From contig CAXXFF010000002.1 of NCBI GenBank assembly GCA_963676835.2, forward strand, positions 544,001-608,000: a stretch of 64,000 nucleotides of DNA. Reading direction: 5' to 3'. The position numbers and the translations under genes were made by a program. A model generated the notes under the pieces. That model made no database searches. It worked only from the letters and a program-made list of their open reading frames with translations, and was not told the origin of the DNA. This DNA is from Marispirochaeta sp. (GTDB lineage: Bacteria; Spirochaetota; Spirochaetia; JC444; Marispirochaetaceae). Positions 57,359-64,000 of the stretch are shown in pieces (position 1 is the first letter of the stretch; every line of letters begins with the position of its first letter).

Positions 57359-57626
57359 ACGAAAAACCTGATACATGGCGCCGAAGGATGCGAACTTCGG
57401 CATAGTTTGGTTGACAGTAAAAGCTGCAACCTGTGACACAGCGGTGCTAAACGCTGTGTGAGAAGGTGGGATTCCCTTCCGATGTCCGGCTTCCTGCCGG
57501 CCATCTACAGGCCCCTCCGGAGTCACTGGCGCTCGGCATCCTGCCTCGCTACCGCACCTAATCGGTGCGCGTTCCTCCGGTTCGAATCCACCTTTTTTTG
57601 TTCAGCGGCAAGGCGCTGAACCTTAT

Positions 57627-57711
57627 CGGAGAAGGTGGGATTCGAACCCACGGAGCCTCTCGGCTCAACGGTTTTCAAGACCGCCTCCTTCGACCGCTCG
57701 GACACCTCTCC
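57627..57711 (-). tRNA. tRNA-Ser(TGA)
   Basis: GCGGT-CTTGAAA-ACCGT, long variable arm. Confidence 0.95.
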
Positions 57712-57759
57712 ACTCAAAACTAGGTGTCACACTATAGAGATACTGGGCTTCTTTGTCAA

Positions 57760-58629
57760 TCAGCGGGAGACAATTTCGAGGATGCGATCGAGATCATCCA
57801 GGGAGAAATAGGAGATCTCTATACGGCCTTTTTTGGGGCTTCCTTTTACCGAAACCTTGGTTCCGAAAAGGTCGATAAGACGCTGCTCAATGGTATTGAG
57901 TTCGGGATCCTTCTTCTTCATGGAGACACTTTTTTCAGCCTGTACAGCCCGTCCGCCACGGTTAAGCTCGCCCGCCTGGGCTTCCGCTTCCCGTACGCTC
58001 AGTCCGTCGGTAACAATCCGGCTGAAGAGAATCATCTGATCCGCAGGGTTAAGAATGGAAAGAAGAGCCCGTGCATGACCGGCGGTCATTTTACCGTAGG
58101 TCAGGGCATCCTGCATCTCCCGGGACATTTTTAACAGACGAAGGCTGTTGGCAATGGTGGAACGGTTCTTTCCCACCTTTTTGGCAACCTCATCCTGACT
58201 GAGGCCGGTATGATCTATCAGGTTCCGGTAGCCAAGTGCCTCTTCAATGGGGTTGAGATCTTCTCGCTGGATATTCTCTATAAGGGCAATCTCAAGCTTT
58301 TCCTCTTCGGTAAAGTTCCTGACAATAACGGGCACTTCCGCCAGGTGAGCAAGCTGTGCTGCCCGGAAACGGCGTTCACCGGCAATAATCCGGTACCCGG
58401 AGCCATACTCTTCTACGATAATGGGCTGGATAATCCCCTGTTCACGGATAGAGTCAGCCAGCTCCTTGAGACTATCTTCCGCGAAGGTTTTTCTGGGCTG
58501 ATCAGGATTGGGGTAGATTTTTCCAAGAGGAACCGAGAGCTGGCCATTGTCTGGTTTCTGTTCTTCTGTTCCGGAGTTCTGCAGCAGGGCTTCAATACCC
58601 TTTCCAAGAGCCCTTTTAGACACGTGCAA
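57760..58629 (-). CDS. parB: Chromosome partitioning protein ParB/Spo0J
   Basis: NPDQPRK, IIAGERRFRAA, ENIQREDLNPIEEA, GKNRSTIANSLRLL. Confidence 0.97.
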   Translation of the reverse strand: MHVSKRALGKGIEALLQNSGTEEQKPDNGQLSVPLGKIYPNPDQPRKTFAEDSLKELADSIREQGIIQPIIVEEYGSGYRIIAGERRFRAAQLAHLAEVPVIVRNFTEEEKLEIALIENIQREDLNPIEEALGYRNLIDHTGLSQDEVAKKVGKNRSTIANSLRLLKMSREMQDALTYGKMTAGHARALLSILNPADQMILFSRIVTDGLSVREAEAQAGELNRGGRAVQAEKSVSMKKKDPELNTIEQRLIDLFGTKVSVKGSPKKGRIEISYFSLDDLDRILEIVSR

Positions 58630-59371
58630 TTACCTCTTCGGCGAGCTCTTTATAGCTCATGGCCCCGGCACAGGAGGCGTTATACTGGTTTATGGGAACC
58701 CCGTGGGAAGGTGCCTCGGAGAGCCTGATATTGCGGGGAATGATTGTTCTGAAGACCTTGTCCTTGAAATAGTTGGTAACTTCCTGAACAACTTCATTGG
58801 CAAGCTTGGTTCGTGAGTCATACATGGTAAAAACAATGCCTATAATTGACAGAGCCGGGTTTAAGCCCTTCTGCACCCGCTGAATGGTCTGCAGAAGCAG
58901 GGTAAGTCCCTCAAGGGCAAAATACTCACACTGAAGCGGAACGAGCACATGATCCGCCGCGGTAAGGCCGTTAACCGTAAGAACACCAAGAGACGGCGGA
59001 CAATCAATCAGAATGAAGTCCCATTCCTCGCGTACCTTATTGAGAACGTTTTTCAAAAAGAACTCTCTGTTCTTTTCATCTATAAGTTCTACATTGGCTC
59101 CGGTAAGATCAATATTTGAAGGAACCACAAAAAGATTTTTAACTGTAGTCTCCCGGATAACCCGTTCAATTGGTATCCCTTTTGTAACTACATCATAAAT
59201 ACTCTCATCCTCAACCCTGGATCCTACACTGGAAGAGAGGTTTCCCTGGGGATCAAAATCTATCAGCAGCACCTTCTTGCCCAGTTCGGCAAGATATGCT
59301 CCGAGATTCGCGGTGGTTGTGGTTTTACCTACGCCGCCTTTCTGATTGGCGAATACTATTACCTTTCCCAT
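58616..59371 (-). CDS. parA: Chromosome partitioning ATPase ParA/Soj
   Basis: NQKGGVGKTTT, DFDPQGN, DCPPSLG, LSEAPSHG. Confidence 0.97.
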   Translation of the reverse strand: MGKVIVFANQKGGVGKTTTTANLGAYLAELGKKVLLIDFDPQGNLSSSVGSRVEDESIYDVVTKGIPIERVIRETTVKNLFVVPSNIDLTGANVELIDEKNREFFLKNVLNKVREEWDFILIDCPPSLGVLTVNGLTAADHVLVPLQCEYFALEGLTLLLQTIQRVQKGLNPALSIIGIVFTMYDSRTKLANEVVQEVTNYFKDKVFRTIIPRNIRLSEAPSHGVPINQYNASCAGAMSYKELAEEVIARV

Positions 59372-59491
59372 AATGACGATTCATTATAGCGGAAAGCTCA
59401 ATACGTGTCATTTCTTTCTGCAATGCTTGACCAAAAAAACTCACTTATATAGCTTATTAGATATCTCATTTATTATCGCGAGGAGAACAAT

Positions 59492-59713
59492 ATGCGCGAA
59501 GAGGTGATTAAAGCACTGGAAGATGTCCGTCCCTCACTGCAGGCAGACGGTGGTGATATCGAATTCGTCGATCTTACCGATGACGGTCTGGTGACCGTAA
59601 AACTCAAAGGCGCCTGTAACGGCTGCCCCATGGCACAGATGACCCTTAAGCAGGGTGTGGAACAGTACCTCAAAGAGGTTGTTCCCGGCGTATCATCTGT
59701 AGAGTCAGTATAA
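59492..59713 (+). CDS. NifU-like (Nfu) Fe-S cluster protein
   Basis: VRPSLQADGGDIE...GACNGCP...TLKQGVE. Confidence 0.92.
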   Translation: MREEVIKALEDVRPSLQADGGDIEFVDLTDDGLVTVKLKGACNGCPMAQMTLKQGVEQYLKEVVPGVSSVESV

Positions 59714-59858
59714 AAAGAGCACTATTCCCTTCCGTTCCAGCAGATACCGGACGGAAGGGAAATATTTCACCTGAAAGTATTCAATTATTACCATAAATAT
59801 GCCGTTAATATCCTTGAGGGTGTTGCTTTCCTTAAATCCCACACAATAAGTTGGCCAG

Positions 59859-60923
59859 ATGCAACAGGAAACAGACATAGACCAGTCAGGACTTGAAAAA
59901 CTAATCCGCAGTATTCCCAAAGCTGAGATTCATCTTCATTTGGAAGGTCTCGTCAGTGTGGATTCTCTGTGGAATCTGATTCAGGAAAACCGGCTGGATA
60001 TTGAAGGCATTAAATCTCGCGAAGATCTTGTAAAGAAATTCAGGATCAACAGCCTGGACGAGTTTATCTGGCTCTTTATCAACATCCTTCAGAACGCCTT
60101 CCGCAAACCCGAAGATCTGAACTGGCTCATCAAAGATGCCAGGGAATACCTCACCAGAAACAATATTGTATATGCGGAAATCTTCTTTGCCCCTTCCAAG
60201 TTTGTCCAGAACGGTCTTGATTTCAATGAAATGATGACCATTCTCGATGAGGGCGCAAAAAAGCTCAAAAAAGAAAATAAAATAGAGATTAAATACATTA
60301 TCGACGTCTCCCGTACCTACGGCGTAGAAAATGCAGAGCAGAACCTGGCAATGACCCTGGAATATAAAAAAGATTCCATCATTGGTATCGGTCTTGGCGG
60401 AGCAGAAAGCCAGGGTCCGGCGGAAGATTTTCAGGAAGTATTTCAGAAAGCAATGGATGCAGGCCTCAAGGTTGTTGCCCATGCCGGTGAAGATATCGAA
60501 TCAAAATCCATATGGGACAGTCTTAAGTACCTGAAAGCTCAGCGCATAGGTCACGGAATCAGCGCCATGGATGATGAAAAACTGATAAAGTATCTGGCGG
60601 ACAAGCAGATTCCCCTGGAAATCTGCCCTACCAGCAATATCTTCACAAAGAAATATGTACAGAAACTCGAAGAACACCCTATCCGGCTGTTTTTTGACAA
60701 ATCCATCAATGTTACTCTAAACACCGACGATCCAACCCTCTTCGGCATAGAACTGGTGGAAGAATTTGTTAATCTTTTTAATCACCTCAATTTCAGCGTA
60801 GAAGAACTCCTTCAGATTATGAAAAACACTATCTACGCAACCTTTCAGGGGAAAAAAGAGCAGGATAAGCTCTGGAAGAACGCAGCAAAAGCAATCAAGA
60901 AAGCCGGCTACAAGGCTCCCTGA
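59859..60923 (+). CDS. add: Adenosine deaminase
   Basis: PKAEIHLHLEG, AHAGE, RIGHG, EICPTSN, NTDDP. Confidence 0.92.
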   Translation: MQQETDIDQSGLEKLIRSIPKAEIHLHLEGLVSVDSLWNLIQENRLDIEGIKSREDLVKKFRINSLDEFIWLFINILQNAFRKPEDLNWLIKDAREYLTRNNIVYAEIFFAPSKFVQNGLDFNEMMTILDEGAKKLKKENKIEIKYIIDVSRTYGVENAEQNLAMTLEYKKDSIIGIGLGGAESQGPAEDFQEVFQKAMDAGLKVVAHAGEDIESKSIWDSLKYLKAQRIGHGISAMDDEKLIKYLADKQIPLEICPTSNIFTKKYVQKLEEHPIRLFFDKSINVTLNTDDPTLFGIELVEEFVNLFNHLNFSVEELLQIMKNTIYATFQGKKEQDKLWKNAAKAIKKAGYKAP

Positions 60924-61203
60924 GTAGATTCACGCGACATACCTTACAATAACTCTTTCATAGCAGCGGCTTCTATATTCCGACTGCGCTCAATAGAGGC
61001 TCCACTTAACCACTGCTGGTTGTAATCCTTAAAGTTAGAAAGACTCCTTTGGTCACAAACTGAGTCTCAGTAATTCTGTTCTGATCGCTATGATGAGTAA
61101 ATTTCAGAGCAAACATCGGCTATATCTCAGTTTATCAACATGAAGGGAGCGGTCCTGCTGATTTTGCAGTATCCTGGTGGTTGAGCTGAGTCGAAACCCA
61201 GCT

Positions 61204-61219
61204 TGTTTCACGTGGAACA
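61204..61219. promoter_or_regulatory. parS site 1
   Basis: TGTTTCACGTGGAACA. Confidence 0.9.
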
Positions 61220-61314
61220 TTACACCGATACACATCCCAGCATTTCACATAGAAGCAGGACCCCATACTGATCGAGAAAACTTATCATAGTCGAAGGGAG
61301 TTCGAAACCCACTC

Positions 61315-61330
61315 CGTTTCACGTGAAACA
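61315..61330. promoter_or_regulatory. parS site 2
   Basis: CGTTTCACGTGAAACA. Confidence 0.9.
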
Positions 61331-61644
61331 GTACTCTGATAAGGATCTCTTTCATAAGCATAAGAATCCCGGAGCAGCCATTTTACTGTCGGCTACACAG
61401 CTACGTGAGATGATTTCCGGTATATACATGGTCTTCTAATTTCCTGAAAAGATGGCACCGCCATATTCAACCTCTGCTGTTTATAATTCTGCAAGATAGA
61501 ATGGCTATTTAAAATGACAAGTCTCAACAAACCTTTTCAGGTCATACTGAGAAGACATCTACATTTTTCAAACAATTATTACAATGTGAATATTCCTGTT
61601 GATTAAGCAGCATTCAGGTGGTTGAACGGCGTCAAAACCAGCTC

Positions 61645-61660
61645 CGTTTCACGTGAAACA
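61645..61660. promoter_or_regulatory. parS site 3
   Basis: CGTTTCACGTGAAACA. Confidence 0.9.
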
Positions 61661-61769
61661 ATACGATGATTAAAAACCCCACCCTCCATAATAACGAGAA
61701 AGCCCCGCTGATTAAGAAACCTCCTGGTGGTTGAACAGAGTGGAAACCAGACACTGATACACTTATCTT

Positions 61770-61785
61770 TGTTTCACGTGAAACA
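61770..61785. promoter_or_regulatory. parS site 4
   Basis: TGTTTCACGTGAAACA (perfect palindrome). Confidence 0.93.
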
Positions 61786-61787
61786 GC

Positions 61788-61818
61788 AAAAAAAAGCCGC
61801 CCGGAAACCCGGACGGCT
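61788..61818 (-). terminator. Intrinsic terminator of gyrA
   Basis: Minus strand AGCCGTCCGG-GTTT-CCGGGCGGCT followed by a T tract. Confidence 0.8.
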
Positions 61819-61824
61819 GCTGAT

Positions 61825-61840
61825 TGTTTCACGTGAAACG
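61825..61840. promoter_or_regulatory. parS site 5 (abuts the gyrA stop codon)
   Basis: TGTTTCACGTGAAACG. Confidence 0.9.
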
Positions 61841-64000
61841 TTATTCTTCTTCGTTTAACTCATTTTCTACATCAGTCTCTTCGTCAAATAAATCTTCCTC
61901 TTCTTCCGATTGCTCATTTGACGCTTTTTCATCTGGTTTTTCCTGGGTCTCCTCATCCTCTTTTACAACCCTGGCAACCCCGATAACCACATCAGGAGGC
62001 GTAATGTTAACAATCCGCACACCAAAGGCCGATTTACCCATTACAGAGATCTCTTCAGACTTAATCTTGATGGCCACACCCTGAGAAGTTATGCAGACAA
62101 TCTCGTCATCCTCGTTAAGTGAGGTAACTCCGATAATTTCACCGGTTTTTTCAGATATCTTATAGGCAATCTGACCCCTGGTAGCTCTTCCGTGGGGAGA
62201 AAAATTATCATAATCCGTCCGCTTACCGTATCCGTATTCAGAAAGAAGCAGCATCTTTTCCTCATTATTCACGATCAGAATACCCGCAAGCTCATCTTCT
62301 TTCTGTAGTTTTATCCCCTGAACACCCCTGGAGGCCCTGCCCATGGTTCTCACAGCCTCTTCGTGAAAACGCAGAGCCTGACCGTGCTTGGAAACCAGTA
62401 CCAGCTCGTTATCACCGGTGGTCAGTTTCGCACTGATAAGCATATCTCCCTGATCCAGATTGATGGCCCGTATTCCCCGGGCTCTGGCATTGGAAAAGTC
62501 GGAAATATTAACCTTCTTTACCACACCCCTGCTGGTACCCATGAAAATGCAGCCTTTCTGCTCAAAATCATGGATGGAAACCACCGCATTTATCTCTTCA
62601 TCTGCAGTAATCTGCAGCAGCGCCCGGATATTGGTACCCCGGGAAGTTCTGGAACCTTCGGGGATTTCGTGAACCTTGATCCAGTAGGCCTTTCCTTCGG
62701 AGGTAATACAGAGGATATAGTCATGGGTAGAGGCGATAAACAGGTTTTCAATAAAGTCTTCATCCCGGAGATTGGCTGAGGATGAACCCTTACCGCCTCT
62801 TCCCTGGTTTCTGTAGGCGGAAACCGGAACCCGTTTGATCATTCCACGGTTGGTTGTCAGCACAACCATATCCTCTTTCTTGATCAGGTCCTCAATGTTA
62901 ATTTCCTCAACTTCATCGGCAACAATCTCTGTACGCCGTTCATCACCGTACTTTTCACCGATTTCGAGGGTTTCTTCCTTAACAACCTGCAGAATCTTAC
63001 GTACATCTGAAAGAAGATCCTTGAAATAGGCAATCTGGGCTCGTACTTCGTTCAGTTCATCTACAATCTTCTGGGTTTCCAGGCTGGTAAGCTTCTGAAG
63101 ACGCATATCCAGTATGGCCTGAGCCTGCCGTTCGGAAAGCTCAAAGGTTTTCATCAGGTTTTCCCTGGCGGTATCAACATTACGGGAAGCCTTGATTATG
63201 CGGATTACCTCATCAATGTTATCCAGGGCAATCTTCAGACCGATAAGAATATGTTCCCGCTCTTCGGCCTTTTTCAGGTCATACTTTGTACGCCGGGTAA
63301 CTACTTCTTCCCGGTGATCAACAAAATAACGGATACTGTCCTTCAGGGTAAGCATCTGGGGCTTACCGTCCACCAGTGCGAGGTTATTTACATTGAAGTT
63401 CTGCTGCAGTGCAGTGTGGGTAAAAAGCTGATTGAGAATAATCTTGGGGATTGCGTCCCGTTTCAGCTCTATCACCATACGCATACCGTTTCTGTCGGAT
63501 TCATCCCGCAAATCGGATATGCCGTCAATCTTTTTATCCCGGATTAGCTCGGCAATACGGATCATCAGATTGGCTTTATTTACCGCATAGGGAAGTTCGG
63601 TAACAATTATCCGTTCCTTGCCCCGTTTGGTCTCTTCAAGGGTAAACCGGGCACGGACGACAACCTTGCCCCGGCCGGTGGTATAAGCCTTCTTGATTCC
63701 CCGTCTACCAAAGATTATTCCACCGGTAGGAAAATCAGGACCCTTGATAAAGGCCATAAGATGCTTGATCTCAATCTCGGGATTATCGATATAAGCACCG
63801 ATTCCCTGGCAGATCTCTTTCAGATTATTGGGGGGAATGTTTGTGGCCATTCCGACGGCAATTCCACTGGCTCCATTGGCAAGGAGATAGGGAAAGGCCG
63901 CCGGCAGCACCAGGGGTTCGTCCATGGAATCATCATAGTTGGGACCGAAATCAACGGTCTCCTTCTTTATATCCCGGATCATCTCCTCTGCTATTCGCTG
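61841..64000 (-). CDS. gyrA: DNA gyrase subunit A, 5'-partial
   Basis: NGASGIAVGMATNIPP, GPDFPTGG, QAQAILDMRLQKLT, GyrA-box QGRGGKG, acidic tail. Confidence 0.96.
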   Translation of the reverse strand, partial: QRIAEEMIRDIKKETVDFGPNYDDSMDEPLVLPAAFPYLLANGASGIAVGMATNIPPNNLKEICQGIGAYIDNPEIEIKHLMAFIKGPDFPTGGIIFGRRGIKKAYTTGRGKVVVRARFTLEETKRGKERIIVTELPYAVNKANLMIRIAELIRDKKIDGISDLRDESDRNGMRMVIELKRDAIPKIILNQLFTHTALQQNFNVNNLALVDGKPQMLTLKDSIRYFVDHREEVVTRRTKYDLKKAEEREHILIGLKIALDNIDEVIRIIKASRNVDTARENLMKTFELSERQAQAILDMRLQKLTSLETQKIVDELNEVRAQIAYFKDLLSDVRKILQVVKEETLEIGEKYGDERRTEIVADEVEEINIEDLIKKEDMVVLTTNRGMIKRVPVSAYRNQGRGGKGSSSANLRDEDFIENLFIASTHDYILCITSEGKAYWIKVHEIPEGSRTSRGTNIRALLQITADEEINAVVSIHDFEQKGCIFMGTSRGVVKKVNISDFSNARARGIRAINLDQGDMLISAKLTTGDNELVLVSKHGQALRFHEEAVRTMGRASRGVQGIKLQKEDELAGILIVNNEEKMLLLSEYGYGKRTDYDNFSPHGRATRGQIAYKISEKTGEIIGVTSLNEDDEIVCITSQGVAIKIKSEEISVMGKSAFGVRIVNITPPDVVIGVARVVKEDEETQEKPDEKASNEQSEEEEDLFDEETDVENELNEEE

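Noticed and set aside
56989..57717. Short ORFs across the tRNA cluster
   Set aside because: They overlap clear tRNA genes.

Overview
Chromosomal window from a probable free-living spirochaete (inferred from tRNA-Arg(GCG) and the gene content), probably close to oriC (gyrA, parAB, five parS sites at the right end). The left ~27 kb is an integron-like cassette platform. A 282-aa tyrosine recombinase (26374-27222, +) that appears to lack the IntI-specific insertion faces away from a long minus-strand array of short accessory genes (GNATs, SRPBCC, VOC, cupin, lipoproteins, higBA, vapBC). The nine integrase-proximal spacers are non-canonical attC-like sites with the pattern TAAC-5nt-11bp stem-branched GNA mini-hairpins-11bp stem-1nt-GTTA. 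Eight cassettes each carry their own 18-24-bp terminal inverted repeat, with mismatches that are almost all G-T wobbles on the + strand. An 11-6-11 attI-like site lies next to the integrase, and sites decay with distance from it. The array is interrupted by an IS21 element and by an IS66 nested inside another IS66. The right part holds a large surface-protein operon, a brnT TA pair, an ABC transporter, gatCAB-aspS, c-di-GMP genes, recR-ybaB-dnaX, SRP RNA, five tRNAs, parAB, adenosine deaminase and partial gyrA. All calls come from reading the sequence by eye; no database search was run.
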